Source: an uncultured Bacteroidales bacterium
GTDB lineage: Bacteria; Bacteroidota; Bacteroidia; Bacteroidales; VadinHA17
NCBI GenBank assembly: GCA_963733455.1
Contig: CAVTDE010000002.1
Span: 41,259-105,258 of the forward strand
Direction: 5' to 3'
DNA length: 64,000 nucleotides
Shown: piece after piece, positions 41,371 through 50,793 of the stretch
How positions within the stretch are numbered: position 1 is the stretch's first letter
How the letters are laid out: every line of letters starts with the position of its first letter
The notes under the pieces: model-generated
The model's input: only the letters and a program-made list of their open reading frames with translations
Databases searched by the model: none
Told to the model about the DNA's origin: nothing
Made by a program: the position numbers and the translations under genes

Positions 41371-41970
41371 TTACTTCCCCAACTGCTGCTTTACAATCTT
41401 CGCAATATACTTCCCGAGAATATCAAACTCGATATTAACAACAGTCCCGACCTTTATCTGATGGAAATTAGTTATCTCATACGTGAACGGGATTATCGCT
41501 ACCTGGAACGACCTTTGCTGTGAATTGACAACTGTAAGGCTCACGCCGTTCACGCAGACAGATCCTTTCTCAACGGTGATATAATCATCCTGAAGTGGCT
41601 CATATTCAAAGGTATAGTACCAGCTTCCGCCCGCTTCTTCAACTTTGGTGCAAACCGCAGTCTGATCAACATGTCCCTGAACCATATGTCCATCCAGACG
41701 CCCGTCGAGTTTAGTACTTCTTTCAAGGTTCACCTTGTCACCGGGTTTCAGCAGTCCGAGATTTGTCTTATCGAGGGTTTCACGGATTGCGGTTACTGTG
41801 TAGGTATCGTTCTCCTTTTTAACAACCGTAAGGCAGACGCCATTGTGTGAAATGCTCTGGTCAATCTTAAGTTGATCAGTAAATGAGCATTTCATAGTAA
41901 TATGAAGATTGTCTTTTTCTTTCTTAATCCTGACGACAGGAGCTGCCTCTTCGACTATTCCGGAAAACAT
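41371..41970 (-). CDS. ribE: riboflavin synthase alpha chain
   Basis: MFSGIVEE, SISHNGVCLTV, VNLER, GHMVQGHVD, KGSV.VNGVSLTV. Confidence 0.95.
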   Translation of the reverse strand: MFSGIVEEAAPVVRIKKEKDNLHITMKCSFTDQLKIDQSISHNGVCLTVVKKENDTYTVTAIRETLDKTNLGLLKPGDKVNLERSTKLDGRLDGHMVQGHVDQTAVCTKVEEAGGSWYYTFEYEPLQDDYITVEKGSVCVNGVSLTVVNSQQRSFQVAIIPFTYEITNFHQIKVGTVVNIEFDILGKYIAKIVKQQLGK

Positions 41971-42149
41971 GAGCTTATTTTTTGATTGATTTTGCGTAAA
42001 GTTATTGAATTTCCGGGAATCCTCTCCCCATCTCCCTTTCTCCCCCTCTCCGTTTCCTTCTTTAAAGCCCTCTCCCTTTCTCCCCCTCTCTGTTACTCCC
42101 CCTCTCCGTTTCTCCCCCTCTCCGTTTCTCCCCCTTTCCGTTTTCTTCT

Positions 42150-42716
42150 TTAAAGTCTTCGCAGGAAAGTCATCGGGATATCGACAATGAGGTTCTGGTC
42201 AAGGCGGTCGATCCGGACGACGACCCTATTCTGCTTTCCGGTTTTGATAAGTTCACCTGTGAGCCCGATCAGTGCTCCACGGATCACTTCAACGTTGTCA
42301 CCCTTCTCGAATTTTTCTGAAGTTATTTCAATTTCCGTGTTGCTGTTGATCAGCAGACGCAGGTTATCGATCTGGTTCTGGGGAATGGATGCCGGTTGAC
42401 CTTCAAATGAAATGAACTTTACAACACCTGATACCTGGTAAACTCTTATAAATTCAGCCGGACAAACTTTTACAAAGACATAGGATGAAAGCAGCGGCCT
42501 CTCAACAAGCTTTTTCCTGTCGCTCCAAATCCTGAAGGTTTTCTGGAGAGGAAGAAAAACCTCGACTTTTGCTTCGATAAGCCTGTCTCTTACCTGTTTT
42601 TCAGCTCTTGGGTTAGTATAAATTGCATACCATTTGGGATCACTTGCATTCTTTAAAGTTCCGGATATTTTGGGGTTTCCATTAATACTAATGCTACCAT
42701 TAATAACTTCATTCAT
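42150..42716 (-). CDS. upxY: UpxY-family transcription antiterminator (NusG paralogue)
   Basis: WYAIYT.PRAEK, FLPL......WSDRKK..E.PL..SYVFV, C-terminal KOW motif G..V.VI.G.L.GL.G. Confidence 0.88.
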   Translation of the reverse strand: MNEVINGSISINGNPKISGTLKNASDPKWYAIYTNPRAEKQVRDRLIEAKVEVFLPLQKTFRIWSDRKKLVERPLLSSYVFVKVCPAEFIRVYQVSGVVKFISFEGQPASIPQNQIDNLRLLINSNTEIEITSEKFEKGDNVEVIRGALIGLTGELIKTGKQNRVVVRIDRLDQNLIVDIPMTFLRRL

Positions 42717-42742
42717 TAGATCATTGAGTTTTTCACTAAGGA

Positions 42743-42750
42743 CAAAGATA
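42743..42750 (-). promoter_or_regulatory. Bacteroidota -7 promoter box upstream of upxY
   Basis: TATCTTTG on the minus strand, 27 bp upstream of the ORF start and downstream of the dksA terminator. Confidence 0.5.
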
Positions 42751-42785
42751 ATTTTTTTGGAGCAATTGATCAGGGGTAACCAATT

Positions 42786-42815
42786 AAAAAAAACCGCCCC
42801 ATTTCCGGGACGGTT
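42786..42815 (-). terminator. intrinsic terminator downstream of the dksA-like gene
   Basis: Minus strand AACCGTCCC-GGAAAT-GGGGCGGTT hairpin followed by a T tract. Confidence 0.75.
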
Positions 42816-42877
42816 CTTATATTTTATATTTGGATTTATGCTCCTTTGCGCCTTTGCGCCGTAACGCCGTTACGCCG

Positions 42878-43255
42878 TTACTTTTGTTTCATCTTTGCAT
42901 CCATCGAGAGGGTAGCATGAGGAACCGCCCGTAATCTTTCTTTTGAGATAAGTTTCCCTGTCTCCCGGCATATGCCATAAGTTTTATTTTCGATCCTGAC
43001 AAGTGCAGCCTGCAGGTGCTGAATAAATTTAAGCTGGCGCTGGGCAAGTCTGCCTGCCTCCTCTTTAGATAAAGTTGTAGCTCCTTCTTCCAGAACTTTA
43101 AAAGTCGGAGAAGTATCCATGGTATCATTACTCTCTTCATGGGTGATACTGGATTTCAGAATTTCATAATCACGTTTGGCCTTATCCAACTTCGCAAGGA
43201 TGATCTGTCTGAATTCCTCAAGCTCATCATCCGAATATCTATTTTTCTCAGACAT
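42878..43255 (-). CDS. TraR/DksA family transcriptional regulator (only one Cys left in the finger region)
   Basis: RYSDDELEEF, L.AALVRIENKTYGICRETGKLI.KERL.AVPHATLS. Confidence 0.9.
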   Translation of the reverse strand: MSEKNRYSDDELEEFRQIILAKLDKAKRDYEILKSSITHEESNDTMDTSPTFKVLEEGATTLSKEEAGRLAQRQLKFIQHLQAALVRIENKTYGICRETGKLISKERLRAVPHATLSMDAKMKQK

Positions 43256-43281
43256 GGCAGTGGTCTTTTTTTAGTATGGCG

Positions 43282-43289
43282 CAAAGGTA
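43282..43289 (-). promoter_or_regulatory. Bacteroidota -7 promoter box upstream of the dksA-like gene
   Basis: TACCTTTG on the minus strand, 27 bp upstream of the ATG. Confidence 0.5.
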
Positions 43290-43401
43290 CTGAATTTTGT
43301 TAAATAAAAAAATCAAGGGTTTATTGCTAAATCCACCATTCTTTTGAGAGAACGTGATCCGCTAAATTAAATTTTGTTTTACAACGATGCGCAGGTCCAG
43401 G

Positions 43402-44364
43402 TCAAGCCCCCTTTAGGGGGTTGGGGGTGATTCCAATGATTTCCCTGAAATACTCAATCGTCCTCTTCAGCCCCTCCTCAAGGTCAACCTTAGGCTGCCA
43501 GTTCAACTCTGACGATGCAAGAGTAATATCAGGCTTCCGCTGCCGGGGATCATCCAGGGGAAGAGGCAGATAGATGAGCTTCGACTTCGATCCCGTCATC
43601 AATATTATCCTTTCCGCAAGCTCCTCTACAGATACCTCATGCGGATTGCCGATATTCACGGGACCGGTAAAGTCATCCCTTGTATCCATAAGTTTTACAA
43701 GTCCGGCAATAAGGTCATCGATATATTGGAAGCTGCGTGTCTGCGATCCGTCCCCGAAAATTGTTATATCACCGCCTTTTAAAGCCTGAACAATAAAGTT
43801 CGAAACAACCCTTCCGTCGTTTGTATTCATGCGCGGACCATAGGTATTGAATATCCTTGCGATCTTTATTCTGACCCCGTTCTGGGTGTGGTAATTCATG
43901 AAAAGGGTTTCTGCGCATCTTTTCCCCTCGTCATAGCATGCACGTGGTCCGAGGGTATTTACATTTCCCCAGTAACTCTCAGGTTGTGGATGTACTATCG
44001 GATCACCGTATATTTCACTTGTTGAAGCCTGTAATATTTTCGACCTGGTCCTTTTCGCCAGACCCAGAGTATTGATAGCGCCCATTACCGATGTCTTGAT
44101 CGTCTTGATGCCATTATACTGATACTGAACCGGTGAAGCCGGACATGCCAGGTTGTAGATCTCATCGGTCTCGACGAATAATGGCATCGTAACATCATGC
44201 CTGACAATCTCAAAATAATGATTATCAAGAAGATGTATGATGTTCATCTTCGATCCTGTAAAATAGTTATCGAGGCAAATGACCTCATTCCCAAGCTTCA
44301 GAAGATATTCACAAAGGTGCGAGCCGATAAATCCGGCGCCACCGGTTACGAGGATCCTTTTCAT
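43402..44364 (-). CDS. UDP-glucuronic acid decarboxylase (UDP-xylose synthase) family SDR
   Basis: [53 protein letters not shown]; start at MKRILV. Confidence 0.92.
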   Translation of the reverse strand: MKRILVTGGAGFIGSHLCEYLLKLGNEVICLDNYFTGSKMNIIHLLDNHYFEIVRHDVTMPLFVETDEIYNLACPASPVQYQYNGIKTIKTSVMGAINTLGLAKRTRSKILQASTSEIYGDPIVHPQPESYWGNVNTLGPRACYDEGKRCAETLFMNYHTQNGVRIKIARIFNTYGPRMNTNDGRVVSNFIVQALKGGDITIFGDGSQTRSFQYIDDLIAGLVKLMDTRDDFTGPVNIGNPHEVSVEELAERIILMTGSKSKLIYLPLPLDDPRQRKPDITLASSELNWQPKVDLEEGLKRTIEYFREIIGITPNPLKGA

Positions 44365-44408
44365 AATAGGTAGTTTAAATAAAGCAAATGTACGGAAAAA
44401 GGTATAAA

Positions 44409-45104
44409 GACGCACGACACACGACACACGACACACGACACACGACTCACGACACACGACTCACGACACACGGTATTTAGCTTTTTGGACGAATGGTTAT
44501 TGAAGTAAAAAAGGTTGGTTCATATAATTCTTTATTTTTAAATTTGAAGTGGAATAAAATAAATCACTAAAACTTGCTGCATTATGAGTAATTTTGAAAA
44601 TCTTAAAGTATGGCATAGAGCCATCGAGCTTGCTGTCTCTATTTACAATTTAACTGTAGAAAATAAGTCTTTACAAAAGGATTTTGGTTTAAGGGATCAA
44701 ATGAGAAGAGCATCTGTCAGTATCTCAAGTAATATTTCAGAAGGAGATGAGCTTGCTACAGATAAGCAAGCTATAAGGCAATTCTTTATAGCAAAGGGGT
44801 CATCGGCTGAGTTATACACCCAATTAATAATCTCAAATAAGATTGGTTACATCTCGGATGAGGAAAAGGATTTTTTCCAGAATGAATGCAAAGCCATTTC
44901 CTCAATGCTGGCCAATCTAATTAAGTCCAGGAATTTGGGATCCAAATAATAGAATTCTGTTTCCATATTATCCTGCATTGTGAGTCTATTAACCGTGTGT
45001 CGTGAGTCGGGCATCGTCTGCCTCCTATATGGTGATTACCCGTTTGTCGTGAGTCGGTCATCGTCTGCCTCCTATATGGTGATTACCCGTTTGTCGTGAG
45101 TCGT
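44409..45104 (+). mobile_element. four-helix-bundle gene cassette with an exact 18-bp TIR and amplified ends
   Basis: CGACTCACGACACACGGT (44457-44474) is inverted at 44992-45009; about 9 (A/T)CACGAC heptamers on the left; 47-bp repeats on the right. Confidence 0.7.
44584..44949 (+). CDS. four helix bundle protein (TIGR02436 / 23S rRNA IVP-like)
   Basis: FENLKVW..A, DFGLRDQMRRASVSISSNISEG, IAKGS..E..TQL. Confidence 0.92.
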   Translation: MSNFENLKVWHRAIELAVSIYNLTVENKSLQKDFGLRDQMRRASVSISSNISEGDELATDKQAIRQFFIAKGSSAELYTQLIISNKIGYISDEEKDFFQNECKAISSMLANLIKSRNLGSK

Positions 45105-45114
45105 GCGCCGTCTG

Positions 45115-48100
45115 TCATATTCGGGAACTATTCCTCGTTACCGAAATCCTAACCTTAATCTCATTTATCTCTTCCTCCCGGAGTTTCTCTGAAGGAACTT
45201 CCCTGACAACCTCCACCTTCGTTGCCAGAGTCTGCGACCCGATATACGCCGCATGTCGTTTTACAGCTTCCCTCACCTGGTCATTATCTTCAATGAGAAC
45301 CGTGATCTTATCGGTTACATCAAACCCGCTCTCCTTGCGGATATTCTGGATCCTGTTCACAAACTCACGTGCTATTCCCTCGTAACGTAGTTCATCAGTT
45401 ACAGTGATATCCAGGGCAACTGTGAGCTTACCATCGTTAGCCACCTGCCAACCTGGAATATCTTCGGAGATTATCTCCACATCCTTGGTTGTCAGATTTA
45501 CTTCCTGGCCGTTAATTACAATCCGGTGGGTTCCATTACTCTCAAATTCTGCTATTTCCAGACGTGTAAACCCGGATATTGCAGACGAAATGTCTTTCAT
45601 CAGCTTCCCGTAGCGCGGACCCAGCGATTTGAAATCAGGTTTTATCTTCTTTACAAGAAGAGATGATGTATCGTCAATATATTCAACTGCTTTAACATTA
45701 ACTTCAGCAAGGATCAGATCCCTTACTGCCTCAAACTTATCGCGGAAAGACCTTTCTGTTACCGGCACCATAATTCTTGCAAGCGGCTGACGGACCTTTA
45801 TCCCGACTTTCCTGCGCAATCCTAGTATCATCGAGGAAACCTTCTGCGCAATATCCATCCTCTCCTCAAGATCAGCATTTATCAGCGACTGATCATATTC
45901 CGGGAAAAGCTCAAGATGGACAGAATCCTCTTTGGAGCGATCAGTTATGCTGTTCAGGTCGGTAAACAGACGGTCGGCATAGAATGGTGCGATGGGGGCC
46001 ATAAGCTTGCAGACTGTCTCAAGACAAACATAAAGTGTCTGATAAGCCGCCAGCTTATCCCTGTCATATTCCCCGCCCCAATAACGTTTTCTGTTAAGCC
46101 TTACATACCAGTTACTCAGGTTCTCGGTTACAAATTCCTGAATTGCACGGCCCGCGCGTGTCAGATCATAATCATTATAACAATTCCCGACCTCTTTTAT
46201 CAGAGAATTGAGAAGCGAAATTATCCACCGGTCGATCTCCGGCCGTTCCTTAACCGGGATATCTTCTTCCTTATATCTGAAATTATCGACGTTGGCATAA
46301 AGTGCAAAGAAGGAATATGTGTTATAAAGTGTCCCGAAAAATTTCCTTTTTACTTCATCAACACCTGCTGCATCGAACTTAAGATTATCCCAGGGCTGCG
46401 AATTTGTAAGCATATACCAGCGCAAGGGATCGGAACCATACTCTTCGATGGTTGTAAAAGGATCAACTGCATTACCAAGACGCTTCGACATCTTATTGCC
46501 ATTCTTGTCGAGGACCAGTCCGTTTGAAATAATGTTCTTAAATGCAACGGAATCAGATGTCATCGTGGCTATTGCATGAAGCGTAAAAAACCACCCTCTC
46601 GTTTGGTCGACGCCTTCGGCTATATAATCTGCAGGGAACATTGTATTGAAGTTCTCCTTGTTTTCAAAAGGATAATGCGCCTGGGCATAAGGCATTGATC
46701 CGGAATCGAACCATACATCCAGCAGGTCAGGTTCGCGGAACATCCTTCTGCCGGAAGGACTTACAAGAATTATCTCATCAACGAAGGGTCTGTGCAGATC
46801 GAACTTTTCATAATTGTCTGCCGAATTATCACCCTCGTTAAAATTCTCAAGCGGATTCTTTTTCATAAATCCTGCCTTTACCGATTTTTCAATCTCAGCT
46901 TTCAGCTCGCCTGCCGAGCCAATACATTTCTCTTCCCGCCTGTCATCGGTGAGCCATATTGGAAGCGGCGTACCCCAGAATCTCGAACGTGTGAGGTTCC
47001 AGTCCACAAGATTCTCGAGCCATTTTCCAAACCTCCCTGTTCCCGTCGATTGCGGCTTCCAGTTTATAGTGTTGTTGAGTTCGATCATCCTGTCACGGAA
47101 TGCAGTTGTGCGGATGAACCATGCATCGAGCGGATAGTAAAGGACTGGTTTATCCGTTCGCCAGCAATGCGGATAGCTGTGCACAAGCTTTTCAATTCTG
47201 AATACTTTTCCCTGCTGCTTAAGCATCACGGCAATGTCGACATCAAGAGTATCAGCATCCGGAGAAAGTCTGGAATCATACTCGTTCTTTACGGGACGAC
47301 CTTCAAAACCGGTATAGGAACCGGTGTTGACACGTTCTCTTACAAATTGTATGTCAAGGTCCGAAATGGGCACCATATATCCCCTCTTGTCGACCATCGG
47401 ACCCGTTGTGCCGTCTTTCCTCTTTACCATCATCGGAGGTAAGTCAAACTCCTTTGCCACCCGGTAGTCGTCAGCTCCAAATGTCGGGGCAATGTGAACT
47501 ATCCCGGTACCATCCTCAGTCGTAACAAAATCTCCTGTGACAACCCTGAAGGCGCCCGGATCAGGTTTTACCCAGTCGATAAGCTGCTCATAGATTATTC
47601 CTTCAAGTTGACTTCCCTGGAACTCATCAAGAACCTTGTACGGTATCTTCTTGTCGCCAGGTTTATATTCTGAAATGTCTATAGACGCATTTGGCTCAGG
47701 GAACATTGAGTGAAGAAGCTCCTTTGCAATGACGACAGTTATCGGATTGTTATTATAAGGATTGAAACTCCTGACTTTGATATAAGTTATCTGTTTCCCG
47801 ACAGCCAGGGCTGTATTTGAAGGAAGAGTCCATGGAGTTGTCGTCCAGGCCATTATGTGGACATTGGGAGTGTCGATATTCTTATAAAGGAATTCTGATT
47901 TTGTATTTCTTATTACTTTGAACTGGGCGATGCACGTTGTGTCCTTCACATCGCGGTAGCAACCAGGAAGATTCAGCTCATGAGAGCTTAATCCTGTGCC
48001 TGCTGCGGGTGAATAAGGCTGAATTGTATATCCCTGGTAAAGATATCCGCTGGAGTAGAGTTGTTTCAGCAGCCACCATAGAGTTTCGATATAACGGTTG

Positions 48101-48561
48101 TCGTATGTGACGTATGGGTGATCCATGTTTATCCAGTAACCCATTTTGCGGGTAAGCTCCTCCCACATATCGGTGTACTTCATCACATCGACCTTGCAGG
48201 CCTTATTATAATCTTCGATGGATATCTTAACGCCAATATCCTCTTTTGTGATGCCAAGAGCTTTTTCAACTCCGAGTTCAACTGGCAATCCATGGGTATC
48301 CCATCCCGCCTTGCGCTTCACTTCATATCCGCACTGTGCTTTGAAACGGCAGATAGCATCCTTGATCGTCCTTGCCATGACATGGTGAATGCCGGGCATC
48401 CCATTTGCTGAAGGAGGTCCTTCATAAAACACAAATTCTCCTTTCCCGTCCACTTCCCTTACACTTCTGCGAAAGGTGTCATTCTTATCCCACAGCTTTA
48501 AGATATCCTTATTTATTTGCGAGAGATCAAGACTTTTATATTCAGGAAACCGTTTCCCCAT
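45115..48561 (-). CDS. ileS: isoleucine--tRNA ligase
   Basis: EGPPSANG.PG.HH, GWDTHGLPVE, WTTTPWTLPSN, R.R.WGTPLP.W, KMSKR. Confidence 0.97.
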   Translation of the reverse strand: MGKRFPEYKSLDLSQINKDILKLWDKNDTFRRSVREVDGKGEFVFYEGPPSANGMPGIHHVMARTIKDAICRFKAQCGYEVKRKAGWDTHGLPVELGVEKALGITKEDIGVKISIEDYNKACKVDVMKYTDMWEELTRKMGYWINMDHPYVTYDNRYIETLWWLLKQLYSSGYLYQGYTIQPYSPAAGTGLSSHELNLPGCYRDVKDTTCIAQFKVIRNTKSEFLYKNIDTPNVHIMAWTTTPWTLPSNTALAVGKQITYIKVRSFNPYNNNPITVVIAKELLHSMFPEPNASIDISEYKPGDKKIPYKVLDEFQGSQLEGIIYEQLIDWVKPDPGAFRVVTGDFVTTEDGTGIVHIAPTFGADDYRVAKEFDLPPMMVKRKDGTTGPMVDKRGYMVPISDLDIQFVRERVNTGSYTGFEGRPVKNEYDSRLSPDADTLDVDIAVMLKQQGKVFRIEKLVHSYPHCWRTDKPVLYYPLDAWFIRTTAFRDRMIELNNTINWKPQSTGTGRFGKWLENLVDWNLTRSRFWGTPLPIWLTDDRREEKCIGSAGELKAEIEKSVKAGFMKKNPLENFNEGDNSADNYEKFDLHRPFVDEIILVSPSGRRMFREPDLLDVWFDSGSMPYAQAHYPFENKENFNTMFPADYIAEGVDQTRGWFFTLHAIATMTSDSVAFKNIISNGLVLDKNGNKMSKRLGNAVDPFTTIEEYGSDPLRWYMLTNSQPWDNLKFDAAGVDEVKRKFFGTLYNTYSFFALYANVDNFRYKEEDIPVKERPEIDRWIISLLNSLIKEVGNCYNDYDLTRAGRAIQEFVTENLSNWYVRLNRKRYWGGEYDRDKLAAYQTLYVCLETVCKLMAPIAPFYADRLFTDLNSITDRSKEDSVHLELFPEYDQSLINADLEERMDIAQKVSSMILGLRRKVGIKVRQPLARIMVPVTERSFRDKFEAVRDLILAEVNVKAVEYIDDTSSLLVKKIKPDFKSLGPRYGKLMKDISSAISGFTRLEIAEFESNGTHRIVINGQEVNLTTKDVEIISEDIPGWQVANDGKLTVALDITVTDELRYEGIAREFVNRIQNIRKESGFDVTDKITVLIEDNDQVREAVKRHAAYIGSQTLATKVEVVREVPSEKLREEEINEIKVRISVTRNSSRI

Positions 48562-48604
48562 TGACTCAGATAGTTATAAATGAATACGTTCTTTAAAAAT
48601 CGGA

Positions 48605-48612
48605 CAAAGATA
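48605..48612 (-). promoter_or_regulatory. Bacteroidota -7 promoter box upstream of ileS
   Basis: TATCTTTG on the minus strand, 44 bp upstream of the ATG. Confidence 0.5.
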
Positions 48613-48777
48613 GTAAAAAAGGTTCAAAGGCGCAATGGCGTAACGGCACAACGGTGTAATGGCAGAACATAATGAGAAAAGGGGAGTGGGGGGTTGGGGG
48701 AAATTTGGAGAATGGGAGAAAGGGGAGAGGGAGAATGGGAGAAATTTCTTTAATTTGTATTTAAAAGAAAAGAAACA

Positions 48778-49203
48778 ATGAAATACCTCTCAGGTTTGGT
48801 TTTTTGTTCTGTAATTAGCGTCTTTTCCATAGCAGCACAAACCCCTGATTCACTGAAGTATCTATCCCTTGAGCCAAACGATTTTCATCTTCAATATCTG
48901 AAGAAAGATTCATCAGTCCTGATTGATGTTCGGGAGCCATTCGAATACAAACGTAACCGGATAAAGGGTGCTATCAATATCCCCTCGTCTGGAAATATTG
49001 AAAGAGTGGCGGATACCTTAAATAAAGAATTTACATATTTTCTATACTGCACATCAGGTTACAGAAGCGCCAATGTGGCAAAAAAGTTATTTGATAAAGG
49101 CTTCCGAAATCTTGTTTCCCTGAAAGGCGGAATCCTGGCGTGGAAAAAGGATAGTATGAAAGTAGAAAGAAGAAGAAGATTAAAAGGAATTAAGAATGAA
49201 TAA
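48778..49203 (+). CDS. exported rhodanese-like domain protein
   Basis: Signal peptide; LIDVREP.EY...I.GA.NIP, LYCTSGYRS, LKGGILAW. Confidence 0.88.
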   Translation: MKYLSGLVFCSVISVFSIAAQTPDSLKYLSLEPNDFHLQYLKKDSSVLIDVREPFEYKRNRIKGAINIPSSGNIERVADTLNKEFTYFLYCTSGYRSANVAKKLFDKGFRNLVSLKGGILAWKKDSMKVERRRRLKGIKNE

Positions 49204-49369
49204 TTGGGAGTGGATGAAAGGGAGAACGGCCATCTTTTTTATTAACATCGTGCCTGCGACATTAAGATTGCTTCGTCGTTCCTCCTCGCAATGACCGGAC
49301 CCTTGATGATGGGGTAATTGCACAATTGCACAATTGCATAATTGCATAATTGCATAATCGCACAATTAC

Positions 49370-50494
49370 TTATTCGTATTTCAAATACTGATCATACGTC
49401 CTGACAAGCCCCTCATCCAGCTCGATCTTATGCCTGTACCCGAGTCCCCGCAAAGCTGTAATATCCGTCGTCTTCCTCATCGTTCCGTCAGGCTTTGAAG
49501 CATCGAAAATGACCTCCCCTCCAAACCCTGTCAGCTCCTTAACCTTATATGCCAGCTCCTTTATACTTAACTCTATTCCCGTACCTACGTTTATAAAATG
49601 CGGCGGATTATACTCAGGGTCAGTCTTCCCCTTCTTATGAATAGCGATTATATCATTAACATCGATGTTTTCCATAACAAAAACGCAAGCTTCCGCCATA
49701 TCCTGCGAATTCATGAACTCCCTTAAAGGTGTACCGGAGCCCCAGATTGAAACTGAAACCTTTTTCTTGCCGGAGCTGCCCTGATCAGCTACTTTTATCC
49801 CGTATTTGCCAAATATTGCCAGGACTTCCTTCTCTTCTGCATCTCCTCTTACCTTTTCGACAGGATACCTGTTCAGATCCTTCCTTATTGCTGGCCAGTC
49901 ATTGTTTTCAATGCATTTCCCGAGATGAAACTTTCTTAATAGTGCAGGCAGGACATGCGACTTTTCAAGGTCATAGTTATCCCCGAAACCGTAAAGGTTT
50001 GTGGGCATGACTGCTATGAAGTTTGTATTGTACTGAATGTTAAATGATTCACACATCTTAAGACCTGCTATCTTTGCCAATGCATACGGCTCGTTGGTGT
50101 ATTCAAGAACCGATGTGAGAAGGTAATCTTCCTTAAGGGGTTGCGGTGCATTTTTAGGATATATGCATGTTGAGCCGAGAAACAACAACTTTTTCACTCC
50201 GTACTTCCAGGATGCATGGATAAGGTTATTCTGGATCATCAGGTTCAGGTATATGAAATCGGCACGTAATGTGTTATTTGCCACTATTCCGCCTACCTTC
50301 GCAGCTGCAATGAAAACATATTCAGGCTTCTCCGCTTTAAATAATAAATCTACCTGTTTCTGGTCTACCAGGTCGACCTCTTCCATCTTTTTAAGCAGAA
50401 GATTACCATAGCCCTTCGACCGGAGAGTACCTGTTATTGCTGATCCTACGAGCCCTGTATGGCCGGCAACATATATTTTGGAATCTTTTTTCAT
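49370..50494 (-). CDS. fcl: GDP-L-fucose synthase
   Basis: VAGH.GLVGSA, AAAKVGGI, LGSTCIYPK, YA.AKIAG, MPTNLYG, KPDGT.RK. Confidence 0.93.
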   Translation of the reverse strand: MKKDSKIYVAGHTGLVGSAITGTLRSKGYGNLLLKKMEEVDLVDQKQVDLLFKAEKPEYVFIAAAKVGGIVANNTLRADFIYLNLMIQNNLIHASWKYGVKKLLFLGSTCIYPKNAPQPLKEDYLLTSVLEYTNEPYALAKIAGLKMCESFNIQYNTNFIAVMPTNLYGFGDNYDLEKSHVLPALLRKFHLGKCIENNDWPAIRKDLNRYPVEKVRGDAEEKEVLAIFGKYGIKVADQGSSGKKKVSVSIWGSGTPLREFMNSQDMAEACVFVMENIDVNDIIAIHKKGKTDPEYNPPHFINVGTGIELSIKELAYKVKELTGFGGEVIFDASKPDGTMRKTTDITALRGLGYRHKIELDEGLVRTYDQYLKYE

Positions 50495-50630
50495 GAAAAG
50501 GAAGTTTAAGAACTTACGTCAATTCCAGTGGTTTAACCCCCTACCCCCTAAAGGCATATGCGTCAACTTAAATAGAGTAGCTTATGAATCACACTGCATA
50601 CAGCTGATTAACAATAATTTACATTTCGGG

Positions 50631-50772
50631 TGTTGAAAAAGCCAAAATCCATTAACCGCTGAGGGCGCAAAGAATTTACGCAAAGTTCGCAAAGAGCTGA
50701 ATTTATGTGATTTAGCTTTGCGTTCTTTGCGCTTCTTAGCTTTCTTTGCGGTTTAAAATGACTTCTTCAACA
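50631..50772. repeat. non-coding palindromic MITE-like element of about 142 bp with GCAAAG/CTTTGC arms
   Basis: Ends TGTTGAAAAAGCCA and TGACTTCTTCAACA are inverted; inner AACCGC/GCGGTT; three GCAAAG mirrored by three CTTTGC. Confidence 0.75.
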
Positions 50773-50793
50773 ACTCTAACTTATTTATTTGTT

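Noticed and set aside
44365-44457. [15 protein letters not shown] extension of uxs as a Cys-rich metal-binding leader
   Set aside because: It is the translation of the ACACGAC heptamer arm; the native start is at 44364.
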